64,000 nt of DNA from an uncultured Actinomycetes bacterium (GTDB lineage Bacteria > Actinomycetota > Thermoleophilia > UBA2241). The stretch spans positions 180,513 through 244,512 of the forward strand of contig CAVYCN010000006.1 of NCBI GenBank assembly GCA_963767005.1, given 5' to 3'. The notes under the pieces are model-generated. The model worked only from the letters and a program-made list of their open reading frames with translations. It made no database searches and was not told the DNA's origin. Of this stretch, positions 30,776 to 42,052 are shown piece by piece (position 1 is the first letter of the stretch; each line of letters starts with the position of its first letter). A program made the translations under genes and the position numbers.

Positions 30776-33700
30776 TTACGGCTGCACGATCACGTTGACC
30801 GTGGCGGTCAACTGCGAGGGGTTGGTGGCGCCGCCGCTGAGGCCGCTCAGCGTGCCGGCGAAGACGTAGGTGCCGGCCGTGCTGGCGTCGTAGGTCGGCG
30901 TGCCGCCGTCCCAGCTGACCTGCGCGGTCGCCGAGTCGCCGTTGTTGAGGCTGACGCCCACGCTGGTCGGCAGGGAGACGCTGCTCAGCGGCGTGCCGTT
31001 GACCACGGAGATGTCGGCGATGGCGTCGACCGCGGTCACGGTCGGCGCACCGACGATCACCTTCACGGAGGCGCTCAGATGCGAGGGGTTGGTGGCGCCG
31101 CCGCTGAGGCCGCTCAGCGTGCCGGCGAAGACGTAGGTGCCGGCCGTGCTGGCGTCGTAGGTCGGCGTGCCGCCGTCCCAGCTGACCTGCGCGGTCGCCG
31201 AGTCGCCGTTGTTGAGGCTGACGCCCACGCTGGTCGGCAGGGAGACGCTGCTCAGCGGCGTGCCGTTGACCACGGAGATGTCGGCGATGGCGTCGACCGC
31301 GGTCACGGTCGGCGCACCGACGATCACCTTCACGGAGGCGCTCAGATGCGAGGGGTTGGTGGCGCCGCCGCTGAGGCCGCTCAGCGTGCCGGCGAAGACG
31401 TAGGTGCCGGCCGTGCTGGCGTCGTAGGTCGGCGTGCCGCCGTCCCAGCTGACCTGCGCGGTCGCCGAGTCGCCGTTGTTGAGGCTGACGCCCACGCTGG
31501 TCGGCAGGGAGACGCTGCTCAGCGGCGTGCCGTTGACCACGGAGATGTCGGCGATGGCGTCGACCGCGGTCACGGTCGGCGCACCGACGATCACCTTCAC
31601 GGAGGCGCTCAGATGCGAGGGGTTGGTGGCGCCGCCGCTGAGGCCGCTCAGCGTGCCGGCGAAGACGTAGGTGCCGGCCGTGCTGGCGTCGTAGGTCGGC
31701 GTGCCGCCGTCCCAGCTGACCTGCGCGGTCGCCGAGTCGCCGTTGTTGAGGCTGACGCCCACGCTGGTCGGCAGGGAGACGCTGCTCAGCGGCGTGCCGT
31801 TGACCACGGAGATGTCGGCGATGGCGTCGACCGCGGTCACGGTCGGCGCACCGACGATCACCTTCACGGAGGCGCTCAGATGCGAGGGGTTGGTGGCGCC
31901 GCCGCTGAGGCCGCTCAGCGTGCCGGCGAAGACGTAGGTGCCGGCCGTGCTGGCGTCGTAGGTCGGCGTGCCGCCGTCCCAGCTGACCTGCGCGGTCGCC
32001 GAGTCGCCGTTGTTGAGGCTGACGCCCACGCTGGTCGGCAGGGAGACGCTGCTCAGCGGCGTGCCGTTGACCACGGAGATGTCGGCGATGGCGTCGACCG
32101 CGGTCACGGTGAGGGTGGCCGTCGCAGTGAAGGTCACGGAGGCGGAGACACCGTCGGCCACCGCCTCCAGCGTGTTGCTTCCGGCGGCCGGACCCAGCGT
32201 CCAGGTGCCGACAGTGGCGACGCCCGAGGAACTGGTCGGGACCGGTGTCCCGCCGACCGAGCCGCCCCCCGAGGTCACAGTGAAGGTGACGCTCACGCCC
32301 GGCACCGGGTTGCCGTTCGCGTCCTCGACGACGACGCTCGGCGGTACGCCGACCGGAAGTCCCGCCGTACCGGACTGGTCGGTTGCGCTGTCGGCGGCGA
32401 TCTGCGCCGCCGGCCCGACGGTGCCCTCGGCCGTGAACGTGACCGGCGAGCCGACGAGGCCTGTCGCCGTGGCCTTCAGGGTGTTGCTACCGGGCGTCGT
32501 CGCCAGCGTCCAGGAGCCGACGCTCGCGACGCCCGCGGTGTCGGTCAGCGCCGTGTCGTTGCCGACGTCACCGTTGCCGGAGGCCGCGAAGCTCACGCTA
32601 ACGCCGGCGACCGGGTTGCCGTCGGCGTCGGTCACGAGCACGCTCGGTGCCGTGTGCACGGCGGTCCCGGCGTTCGCGGTCTGGCCGTCGCCACCCGATA
32701 CGCCCGCGATCTGATCGGCGTTGCCCGCCAACGCGCTGGCGGTGAACGTGACCGGCGAGCCACTCAGTCCGGCGACAGTCGCGGTAACGGAGTCGTTGTC
32801 TATCCCGGCACTGGTACCCAGGGACCAGCTCGTCGCCGTCGCGATGCCGCTGACGTCGGTCGTGACCGTCGCCGGGCCCACGGTGCCGCCACCGGTCTGC
32901 ACGGCGAAGGCGACGACGACGCCCGCCACGGGGTTGCCGAGGCCGTCGGTGACCTCCACGCTCGGCGGCGTGCCCACGGCGGCGCCCACGACCTGCGACT
33001 GATCGAGCTCGCTGCCCGGGGCGGCCGCGACGGTCGCCGCGTACGAGAACCGATCGGCCGACACGGTGGCGCTCGTGCCGCCGTAGGTCGTCACGGTCAC
33101 GTCGACCGTGCCTGTGCCGGCCGGCGCGGTCGCTTTGATCGTCGTGTTCGAAGACTTGCTCCAGTCGACGGTCGCCGCGACACCCCCGAAGCTGACCGAG
33201 CCGCTGATGCTCCTCGCCGTGTACAGGTTGTTGCCCTGGATCGTGACCGCGGTGCCGCCTTGCTGTGGCCCGTTCACCGGGCTCACACTCGTGATGGTGG
33301 GTGCGGCGTAGTAGCTGAACCGGTCGGCCGTCAGCGCCGGGCTCGTGCCGAGCGGCGTCGTGACGGTCACGTCGTAAGGATCGAGAGCCGGGCTCTGGGC
33401 GGGCGCCGTCGCGGTGATGCTGTTATCGCTCACCACCGTGAAGGTCGTCGCCGCCTTGCCGCCGAGACCAAAGGTGACGGCCGTGGCGCCGGTGAAGCCG
33501 CTGCCGCTGATCGTCACCGCCGTGCCGCCGGACGCGGGGCCATAGGCCGGGCTCACGCCGGTGACCGCCGGCGGGCCGCCCTGGTAGGCGAAGTGGTCGG
33601 CCTTGCGGGCGGCGCTCTTGCCGGCCTTCGTCACGACCCGCACGTTGACCACCCCGACGCCGCGCGGCGCCCGGCAGGTGAGCTTGGTGGCCGACACGAC

Positions 33701-33949
33701 GTGGACCTTCGTCGCCGCCCGCGCGCCGAACCGCACGGACTTGACCTGGTTCCTGCCGCCCGCCTTGAAGTTGCGGCCCCGTACGGTGACGACCGTGCCG
33801 CCGAGAGCGGCACCCTTGGCCGGGCTCACCGAGGTGACGACCGGACGCGCCGCGGCCGAGGCCGCGGCCGGCAGGGCCAGCAGGAGCGCCACGGCCAGCG
33901 CCAAGCCGCTCAAGGCGACGACGAGCCTACGAGATGCGCCTGCTGTCAT
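30776..33949 (-). CDS. Large surface/secreted protein: signal peptide, 3 IPT/TIG domains, 3 Big_1-like domains, 5 Big_4-like Ig repeats
   Basis: PVVTSVSPAKG...GGTVVT x3; D.Q....G...PSV.V.D..GNPV.GV x3; 89-aa repeat x5. Confidence 0.88.
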   Translation of the reverse strand: MTAGASRRLVVALSGLALAVALLLALPAAASAAARPVVTSVSPAKGAALGGTVVTVRGRNFKAGGRNQVKSVRFGARAATKVHVVSATKLTCRAPRGVGVVNVRVVTKAGKSAARKADHFAYQGGPPAVTGVSPAYGPASGGTAVTISGSGFTGATAVTFGLGGKAATTFTVVSDNSITATAPAQSPALDPYDVTVTTPLGTSPALTADRFSYYAAPTITSVSPVNGPQQGGTAVTIQGNNLYTARSISGSVSFGGVAATVDWSKSSNTTIKATAPAGTGTVDVTVTTYGGTSATVSADRFSYAATVAAAPGSELDQSQVVGAAVGTPPSVEVTDGLGNPVAGVVVAFAVQTGGGTVGPATVTTDVSGIATATSWSLGTSAGIDNDSVTATVAGLSGSPVTFTASALAGNADQIAGVSGGDGQTANAGTAVHTAPSVLVTDADGNPVAGVSVSFAASGNGDVGNDTALTDTAGVASVGSWTLATTPGSNTLKATATGLVGSPVTFTAEGTVGPAAQIAADSATDQSGTAGLPVGVPPSVVVEDANGNPVPGVSVTFTVTSGGGSVGGTPVPTSSSGVATVGTWTLGPAAGSNTLEAVADGVSASVTFTATATLTVTAVDAIADISVVNGTPLSSVSLPTSVGVSLNNGDSATAQVSWDGGTPTYDASTAGTYVFAGTLSGLSGGATNPSHLSASVKVIVGAPTVTAVDAIADISVVNGTPLSSVSLPTSVGVSLNNGDSATAQVSWDGGTPTYDASTAGTYVFAGTLSGLSGGATNPSHLSASVKVIVGAPTVTAVDAIADISVVNGTPLSSVSLPTSVGVSLNNGDSATAQVSWDGGTPTYDASTAGTYVFAGTLSGLSGGATNPSHLSASVKVIVGAPTVTAVDAIADISVVNGTPLSSVSLPTSVGVSLNNGDSATAQVSWDGGTPTYDASTAGTYVFAGTLSGLSGGATNPSHLSASVKVIVGAPTVTAVDAIADISVVNGTPLSSVSLPTSVGVSLNNGDSATAQVSWDGGTPTYDASTAGTYVFAGTLSGLSGGATNPSQLTATVNVIVQP
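30813..32110. repeat. Intragenic tandem repeat, 267-bp unit, about 4.9 apparently identical copies
   Basis: Identical alternative-frame translations at 30900, 31167, 31434, 31701 and the start of 31968. Confidence 0.95.
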
Positions 33950-34103
33950 GACCCCCCACCACGGTCGGTCGCGCACGCGGCGACCGGGCCATCATACTAC
34001 GGCAGGCACAGAGCGGGGGCCGTCGGGCGTAGTCAGATCAGACAGCGCCGGACCGGCGCCGCGGGCGGCAGCGCCGCGGGCGGCGGCGCGGCGCCGCGAC
34101 CGC

Positions 34104-35702
<1,599 letters not shown>

Positions 35703-35774
35703 GCCTTCATCCTTCCGTCGCCTGGTCTTGCCTGTGCGGCCGTGCTGTCGTCGTGGTCACCCCGGCGCGGGGGC

Positions 35775-36932
35775 TCACCCCATGCCCACGTCCTGTTCCT
35801 TCTGCAGCTTCTTGCCCTCGGTCATGAGCGCCGGTGCGACCATGACCTCGGCCTTCTGGAACGACTGGATCGTGTCGTACCCGCAGGTGGCCATGCTGGT
35901 GCGCAGGGCGCCGAAGAGGTTGAGCGTGCCGTCGTTCTCGTGTGCGGGACCGGCGAGGATCTCCTCGAGTGTGCCCCTGACGCCCGCCTTGACGCGCGTG
36001 CCGCGCGGCAGCTCGGGATGGAAGGTCGCCATGCCCCAGTGAAAGCCGCGGCCCGGGGCCTCGGCGGCCGCGGCGAGCGGCGAGCCGATCATGACGGCGT
36101 CGGCGCCGAGGGCGATCGCCTTGGAGACGTCGCCGCCGGTGCGCATGCCGCCGTCGGCGATGACGTTGCAGTAGGTGCCGGTCTCGAGCAGGTGCTGCAC
36201 GCGGGCGGCGGCGGCGTCGGCGATGGCCGTCGCCTGCGGCACCCCGATGCCGAGCACGCCGCGGGTGGTGCAGGCGTGACCCGGACCCACGCCGACGAGC
36301 ACGCCCACGGCCCCGGTGCGCATGAGGTGCAGGGTCGTGGCATACGAGGCGACCCCGCCGACGATCACCGGCACGGGGCACTCGGCGATGAACTCCTTGA
36401 GGTTTAGCGGCGTGACCCTGGTCGACACGTGCTCGGCCGAGATGACGGTGCCCTGGATGACGAGCACGTCGAGCCCGGCCTCGAGGGCGATCTTGTAGTA
36501 CTGCTCGACGCGCTGCGGCGTGAGCGACGCGGCGACGATCACGCCGCCGTCCTTGATCTCCTTGATGCGCCGGCCGACGAGCTCCTCTTTGATGGGCTCG
36601 CGGTAGATGTCCTGCATGGTGCGGGTCGCCGTGTCCTTGGGCAGCGCGGCGATGCGGTCGAGCTGCTCGGCGGCGTTCTCGTAACGCGTCTGTACGCCCT
36701 CGAGGTTGAGCACGGCGAGGCCGCCGAGCTTACCCATGGTCACCGCGAAGCCCGGGTCGACCACGCCGTCCATGGCCGAGGCTAGACAGGGGAGCGACAG
36801 CGTGAACGGGCCGAGCTTCCAGGTGATGTCGACGTCTTCGGCGTCGCGCGTCCGCCGGCTCGGGACGATCGCGATGTCGTCGAAGCCGTATGCGCGGCGG
36901 CCCTTCTTCCCCCGCCCGATCTCTACTTCCAT
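35775..36932 (-). CDS. guaB3: GuaB3-family IMP dehydrogenase-related protein (no CBS domains)
   Basis: MEVEIGRGKKGRRAYGFDDIAIVP, GPGHACTTR (catalytic Cys), WGMAT, ENDGTLN. Confidence 0.9.
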   Translation of the reverse strand: MEVEIGRGKKGRRAYGFDDIAIVPSRRTRDAEDVDITWKLGPFTLSLPCLASAMDGVVDPGFAVTMGKLGGLAVLNLEGVQTRYENAAEQLDRIAALPKDTATRTMQDIYREPIKEELVGRRIKEIKDGGVIVAASLTPQRVEQYYKIALEAGLDVLVIQGTVISAEHVSTRVTPLNLKEFIAECPVPVIVGGVASYATTLHLMRTGAVGVLVGVGPGHACTTRGVLGIGVPQATAIADAAAARVQHLLETGTYCNVIADGGMRTGGDVSKAIALGADAVMIGSPLAAAAEAPGRGFHWGMATFHPELPRGTRVKAGVRGTLEEILAGPAHENDGTLNLFGALRTSMATCGYDTIQSFQKAEVMVAPALMTEGKKLQKEQDVGMG

Positions 36933-36968
36933 GCCCGCCTCCTACCGAGGGTCGAGTCCGCCCGCAGT

Positions 36969-37006
36969 AAACGAAAGGCCCGCGCGCCTTGGGGCGGCGA
37001 GGCCTT
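36969..37006 (-). terminator. Terminator-like hairpin with U-tract inside the predicted guaB3 5' leader
   Basis: AAGGCC-t-CGC-CGCC-ccaa-GGCG-c-GCG-GGCCTT then TCGTTT. Confidence 0.6.
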
Positions 37007-37055
37007 GGTGGTTCGATGTACGTACGTGGCGTCCGGGTGTCTGCACCTTGTCCGG

Positions 37056-37085
37056 ATGCTACCACCCTCGCGCGCGGCGGTTCAA
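37056..37085 (-). promoter_or_regulatory. Promoter for guaB3-guaA (TTGAAC-N18-TAGCAT, extended -10 TG)
   Basis: Read on the minus strand. Confidence 0.6.
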
Positions 37086-37100
37086 GGCGGCGGGGCGCCG

Positions 37101-38060
37101 CTAGGGCGCCGGCACGATGCGGATCTCGTCGACCTTTGTGGTGGCGAGCAGGGCCTCGACGTCGTCGGGGTCGAGCACGCCGGCGCCGTACTGCTGCGTG
37201 TTGGCGGCGCCGCAGGCGAGGCCGTAGCGCAGGCAGTCGCCGGGGTCGGAGTTCGAGAAGTGGCCAGCGACGAAGCCGGCCAGAAACGCGTCGCCCGAAC
37301 CGACCGTGCTGACCACGTTCTCGACCAGCGGGATGGTGGCGTGGTAGACGCGCTGACGCCGCCCGTGGCGGATGCGCGCGTAGCAGCCGTCGGGCGTCTT
37401 TATGATCACGTTGTGGGCGCCGAGCCGGTGGATGAGGTCGGTCGCGTCGATGACGTCCTGCTCGTCGTGGAACTCGTGGCCGACCAAGTCTTCGGCCTCG
37501 CGCAGGTTCGGCGTGACGAAATCGGGGTGGGCGCGCACGCCGTGGCGCAGGGGGTCGCCGGAGCCGTCGAGGATCGTGTGGCAGCGGGCGTCGGTGACGC
37601 GGTGCAGGATCTCGGCATAGAAGTCGTCGGGCACCTTGCGCGGCAGCGATCCGCAGATGATCACGTAGTGCGCGCCCTTGGCCAGGTACTCGATCTTGTC
37701 GAGAAAGGCGGCGCGCTCCTGTTCGGTGACGACCGGGCCCCACTCGTTGATCTCGGTCTGGCTCACGCTCGTCGGGTCGATCACCGCCGTCGAGGTGCGC
37801 GACTCGCCGGCGATGCGCACGAAGTCGTTGAGGATGCCCTCGCGCGACAGGCCCTCGACGATCTGCTGGCCCGTGCGCCCGCCGACCAGGCCGCTCGCCA
37901 CGACCGGCTGACCGATCGTGCGCAGCGCCCGCGCGACGTTGACGCCCTTGCCGCCCGGCAGCGTGAGGCTCTGGCTCGCCCGGTGGCGGAAACCGGTCAC
38001 GAAGTTGGGCACGGTGAGAGTCTTGTCGATGGCGGCGTTCGCCGTGAGGGTGATGATCAT
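37101..38060 (-). CDS. 1-phosphofructokinase-family (PfkB/FruK/LacC) hexose kinase
   Basis: MIITLTANAAIDK, PGGKGVNVAR, GSLP, PNLRE, STVGSGDAFLAG. Confidence 0.9.
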   Translation of the reverse strand: MIITLTANAAIDKTLTVPNFVTGFRHRASQSLTLPGGKGVNVARALRTIGQPVVASGLVGGRTGQQIVEGLSREGILNDFVRIAGESRTSTAVIDPTSVSQTEINEWGPVVTEQERAAFLDKIEYLAKGAHYVIICGSLPRKVPDDFYAEILHRVTDARCHTILDGSGDPLRHGVRAHPDFVTPNLREAEDLVGHEFHDEQDVIDATDLIHRLGAHNVIIKTPDGCYARIRHGRRQRVYHATIPLVENVVSTVGSGDAFLAGFVAGHFSNSDPGDCLRYGLACGAANTQQYGAGVLDPDDVEALLATTKVDEIRIVPAP

Positions 38061-38285
38061 GTCGTTGGCCGGTCCTTGCGACGAGGTCGTTGCCCGGAAC
38101 TGCCAGCCGCTGCGACCGCCCGCGGTCGCGGCCCTTACATGGACAATGCCCGGCCGGCGGGCCGAGCGCGCCTCAGTATACACCTCTCTGGCAGCCCGGT
38201 TTTCGCCTTCCTCGGCAAGGGCGCCCACTTCCTTGACACCCCAAGCACGGCGGGCGTACGTTTCGGGGCGCATCACCACGGCAGA

Positions 38286-38452
38286 TTCCTCGTTAGGTGA
38301 GGCTCCAGCACGCATAGAGGCCGTTGCCCGGAAACGTCCAGAGACGCCAACGGGTAGAACAGGTATCACCGGACCCAAGGTCCTACCCGAAACGGCTGAG
38401 ACATCACGTCTCTACGGTGTGCTGTGCCAAAGCTCTCGGACGAGTGAGGAGC
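38286..38452 (+). ncRNA. M-box (ykoK) Mg2+ riboswitch
   Basis: CGTTAGGTGAGGCTCC...GAGACGCCAACGGGTAGAACAGG...GCCAAAGCTC signature; TTGACA-N18-TACGTT promoter upstream; precedes Mg-transport genes. Confidence 0.9.
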
Positions 38453-38459
38453 ATCCTTC

Positions 38460-38495
38460 GCCGTGGCTCGCCCGCGAGCCACGGCCCTCTTCCTT
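38460..38495 (+). terminator. Expression-platform terminator of the M-box
   Basis: GCCGTGGCTCGC-cc-GCGAGCCACGGC followed by CCTCTTCCTT. Confidence 0.7.
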
Positions 38496-38565
38496 GCAGT
38501 CGGGAGCGGTCCCGGCACAGCCGACGACGGGCCGCCCGCGCGGACGGCAGCGAAGGAGGTGAGCG

Positions 38566-39807
38566 ATGTTCTACCTGAGCAAGGTGCTCGGCCACACCGT
38601 GCGCGACGCCGAAGGCAAGCCCGCCGGCACGCTGCAGGACGTGGCCGTGAGCACACGCCAGAAGTACCCTCGCGTTGTCGGCCTCGTGCTCAAGCGCGGC
38701 AACCGCCGCCTCGCCGCCGTCTGGGACGACGTCGCCAGCCTCGAAGAATCGGGTGTGATGCTGCGCGTCACGGCGTCGAGCCTGCCCGAGTACGCCGCCC
38801 AGCCGGGCGAGCTCCTCCTGTCCGGTCAGGTCCTCGATCGCCAGATCATCGACACCGACGGCCGCAAGATGATCCGCGTGAACGACATCCAGCTCGCGCG
38901 CTCGGGCGACGCGGTGCGGGTGGTCGCGGTCGACGTGTCGAGTGGCGCCATCCTGCGCCGCATCGGCCTCGCCCGCGTGACCACGCGCCTGTCCAAGAAC
39001 CCCAAGCCGCGCCTGATCGACTGGAGCGCCGTCGACCTGCAGGCGAGCGACTCCGAAGCGGTGCGCCTGTCGGTGCCGCGCCGCGACTTGTCGCTGCTGC
39101 ACCCGGCCGACATCGCCGAGATCGCCCACGAGCTCAGCCCCGAGGAGCGCGCCGCGGTCTTCGAGGCCCTGGACGACGAGGTCGCCGCCGACACCCTCGA
39201 GGAGATGCACCCCACCTCGCAGGCATCGCTGCTGCGCGCGCTGCCCGACGAGAAGGCGGCCGACCTGCTCGAAGACGTCTCGCCCGACGACGCCGCCGAC
39301 CTGCTCGCCGACCTGCCCAAGCGGCGCGTGTCGCGACTGCTCGCGCTCATGGATCACGAGCGCGCGACCGAGATCCGCGAGCTGCTCACCTACCCCGAGA
39401 ACTCGGCCGGCGGCATCATGACGACCGAGTACGCGGTCGTGCCGCCCGAGGTCACGGCGGCCGAGGCGATCGAGCTGCTGCGCGACCAGGAGCCCGAGGT
39501 CGAGACGGTCTACTACATCTACGTCACCGACAGGCGCGAGCGCCTGCTCGGCACGATCTCGCTGCGCGACCTGCTCACGGTGCCCGGCGGCCGCCGGGTG
39601 CGCGACTTCATGACGGCGGAGCCGATCTCGGTGACGCTCGACGCCGGCGAGGCCGAGGTCACCCAGACGATCGCCAAGTACAACCTGCTGGCCCTGCCCG
39701 TCGTCGACGCCGACGGCGTGCTGCACGGGATCGTGACGATCGACGACGCCATCGACCTCGTGCTGCCCCTGGCCTGGAAGAAACGATTGCCGCGCATCTT
39801 CCGGTGA
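38566..39807 (+). CDS. Soluble PRC-barrel + MgtE N-domain + CBS-pair protein
   Basis: LDRQIIDTDG..RVND, LHPADIAEI, YPENSAGGIMT, YNLLALPVVD; no TM domain. Confidence 0.88.
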   Translation: MFYLSKVLGHTVRDAEGKPAGTLQDVAVSTRQKYPRVVGLVLKRGNRRLAAVWDDVASLEESGVMLRVTASSLPEYAAQPGELLLSGQVLDRQIIDTDGRKMIRVNDIQLARSGDAVRVVAVDVSSGAILRRIGLARVTTRLSKNPKPRLIDWSAVDLQASDSEAVRLSVPRRDLSLLHPADIAEIAHELSPEERAAVFEALDDEVAADTLEEMHPTSQASLLRALPDEKAADLLEDVSPDDAADLLADLPKRRVSRLLALMDHERATEIRELLTYPENSAGGIMTTEYAVVPPEVTAAEAIELLRDQEPEVETVYYIYVTDRRERLLGTISLRDLLTVPGGRRVRDFMTAEPISVTLDAGEAEVTQTIAKYNLLALPVVDADGVLHGIVTIDDAIDLVLPLAWKKRLPRIFR

Positions 39808-39813
39808 TGAGCA

Positions 39814-41130
39814 GTGGCTCCCTCGCCGGACACCCGCAAGCGGGCGCGCACGCCCGCGCCCACTGACGCACGTCGCCGGCCGCGTTTCGGCCGGATCGGC
39901 CGTACCCGCCTGCTGATCTTTCTGGCGGTGATGGGGCCCGGCCTGATCACCGCCAACTCCGACAACGACGCCGGCGGCATCACGACCTGGTCGGTGGTCG
40001 GCGCCCACTACGGCTACCAGCTCCTCTGGGTGCTGCTGCTGATCACGCCCATCCTCGCCGTCACCCAGGAGATGGGCGCCCGCATGGGCGTGGTCACCGG
40101 CAAGGGCCTGGCCGCGCTCATCCGCGAGCGCTTCAGCCTGAAGATCACGGCCCTGGCCATGCTCGCCATGCTGATCGCCAACCTCGGCACGACGATCGCC
40201 GAGTTCTCGGGTGTGGGCGCCGCCTTCAGCCTCGCCCACGTGCCGCCGTGGGTCTGCGTGCCGCCGATCGCGCTCGGCGTCTGGCTGCTCATCACGCGCG
40301 GCTCGTACAAGCGCGTGGAGCGCGTCTTTCTGTTCCTGTCGGCGCTCTACGTCACCTACATCGTCGCCGGCTTTCTGGCCCACCCCGACTGGCACGCCGC
40401 CGCCCACAACACGGTGGTGCCGAGCGTCACGACGACGAGCGTCTGGGTGCTCACCGTGATCGCCGCGATCGGTACGACGATCACGCCCTGGGGCCAGTTC
40501 TTCATTCAGGCGACGATCGTCGACAAGAAGATCTCGATCAAGGACTACCTCTACACCAAGACCGAGGTGTTCCTGGGCGCGGTGGTGACCGACGGCGTCG
40601 ACTTCTTCATCGTGATCGCCTGCGCCGCCACGCTCTACAAGCACGGCATCATGGTCAACACCGCCCAGGACGCGGCCCGCGCGCTCGAGCCGCTGGCCGG
40701 CCGCGCGGCCGCGCTGCTCTTCGGCTTCGGGCTGCTCAACGTCTCGGTCCTGGCGGCCGGCATCCTGCCGCTCGCCACGGCGTACGCGATCTGCGAGGCG
40801 TTCGGCTTCGAGTCGGGGCTCGACCAGAAGTTCTCGGAGGCGCCGATCTTCAACGGCCTGCTCACGTTCTTCGTGTTCGTGCCGGCCGCCGTGGCGATCA
40901 TCCCCCACCTGCCGCTCGTCAAGGTCATGCTTCTGAGCCAGGACGTGAACGGCATCCTGCTGCCCATCATCCTCGTCTACGTGCTCAAGATCGTGAACGA
41001 CCGCTCGGTCATGGGCGAGCACGTCAACGGCCCGGTCTACAACACGGTGGCCTGGGCCTTCTCGGCGACGCTGATCGCGCTCACCGTCGTGCTGGTCGCC
41101 GCGTCGCTGCCGCTCGGCCTGCGGCTGTAG
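39814..41130 (+). CDS. NRAMP-related divalent metal transporter, probably Mg2+ (NrmT-like)
   Basis: GPGLITANSDNDAGGI, QEMGARMGVVTGKG, GTTITPW; lacks canonical DPGN; under M-box. Confidence 0.85.
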   Translation: MAPSPDTRKRARTPAPTDARRRPRFGRIGRTRLLIFLAVMGPGLITANSDNDAGGITTWSVVGAHYGYQLLWVLLLITPILAVTQEMGARMGVVTGKGLAALIRERFSLKITALAMLAMLIANLGTTIAEFSGVGAAFSLAHVPPWVCVPPIALGVWLLITRGSYKRVERVFLFLSALYVTYIVAGFLAHPDWHAAAHNTVVPSVTTTSVWVLTVIAAIGTTITPWGQFFIQATIVDKKISIKDYLYTKTEVFLGAVVTDGVDFFIVIACAATLYKHGIMVNTAQDAARALEPLAGRAAALLFGFGLLNVSVLAAGILPLATAYAICEAFGFESGLDQKFSEAPIFNGLLTFFVFVPAAVAIIPHLPLVKVMLLSQDVNGILLPIILVYVLKIVNDRSVMGEHVNGPVYNTVAWAFSATLIALTVVLVAASLPLGLRL

Positions 41131-41137
41131 GTCGCCT

Positions 41138-42052
41138 CTAGAACTCGTCCTCGCGCTCGTGCGAGCCCGGCTCGATGTGCACGAGCACCTCGGTGTTGGG
41201 CAGCCGCTCGGCGATGTCGTCCTCGATGTGCTCGGCGATCTCGTGGGCGCGCGCCACGGTCATGTTGCCCGGTACGGTGATATGCAGGTCGATGTGGTGC
41301 TTGGCGCCGGCGTGGCGCGCGCGCAGCTTGTGATAGCCGATGATGAGCTCACCGCGGTGCTCGGCGACGGTGCTGCGCACGACGTCGAGCTCGCGGTCGG
41401 GCAGGGCCTCGTCGAGCAGCACCCGCGTCGACTCGCTCACGATGCCCCAGGCCGTCCAGGCGATGATGGCCGCGACGGCGAGGCCGATCAAGGGATCGAA
41501 GAACGTGCGCCCGGTCAGCTCGATGAGGGCGAGGCCGCCGGCCACGCCGAGCGACGTGTAGATGTCGGTCAGGTGGTTGGCGGCGTCGGCCTGCAGGGCC
41601 GGCGACTCGGTGCGGCGCGCCGCTCGCCTGAGGTAGGCGGTGAGGCCCACGTTGACCGCCGCCGAGACGAGCATGACGGCGATCGCCAGCGGGATGTGGT
41701 CGAGTCGCTCGCCGGAGACCAGATGGCTCACCGACTCGACGACGATGACGACGGCCGCCGCGAAGATGATGGCGCCCTCGATCATGCCCGAGAAGTTCTC
41801 GACCTTCTCGTGGCCGTAGCGATGGTCGCGGTCGGCCGGGCGGGCGGCGCGGCGCACCGAGACGAGAGCGATCACCGCGCCCATGAGGTCGGTCGTGGAG
41901 TGGGCCGCCTCGGAGATCATGCCGATCGACCCCGACAGCAGACCGGCGGCCAGCTTGAAGACGATGAGGGCGGCGTTGGCGGCGATCGACAGCCAGGCGG
42001 CGCGCTCCTTGCGCGCGGCACCGTCAAGCCCGCTCACCGCCGTCCCGTTCAC
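41138..42052 (-). CDS. Cation diffusion facilitator (FieF-like)
   Basis: EAAHSTTD, HRYGHEKVE, ADAANHLTD, VLVHIEP. Confidence 0.92.
   Translation of the reverse strand: MNGTAVSGLDGAARKERAAWLSIAANAALIVFKLAAGLLSGSIGMISEAAHSTTDLMGAVIALVSVRRAARPADRDHRYGHEKVENFSGMIEGAIIFAAAVVIVVESVSHLVSGERLDHIPLAIAVMLVSAAVNVGLTAYLRRAARRTESPALQADAANHLTDIYTSLGVAGGLALIELTGRTFFDPLIGLAVAAIIAWTAWGIVSESTRVLLDEALPDRELDVVRSTVAEHRGELIIGYHKLRARHAGAKHHIDLHITVPGNMTVARAHEIAEHIEDDIAERLPNTEVLVHIEPGSHEREDEF

Noticed and set aside
30813-32110. Regular repeat array considered as CRISPR
   Set aside because: 267-bp in-frame coding units, no unique spacers, no cas genes
34055-34100. Short GC-only tandem repeats (GCGCCGCGGGCGGC) after guaA
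   Set aside because: Low-complexity sequence expected at this GC content
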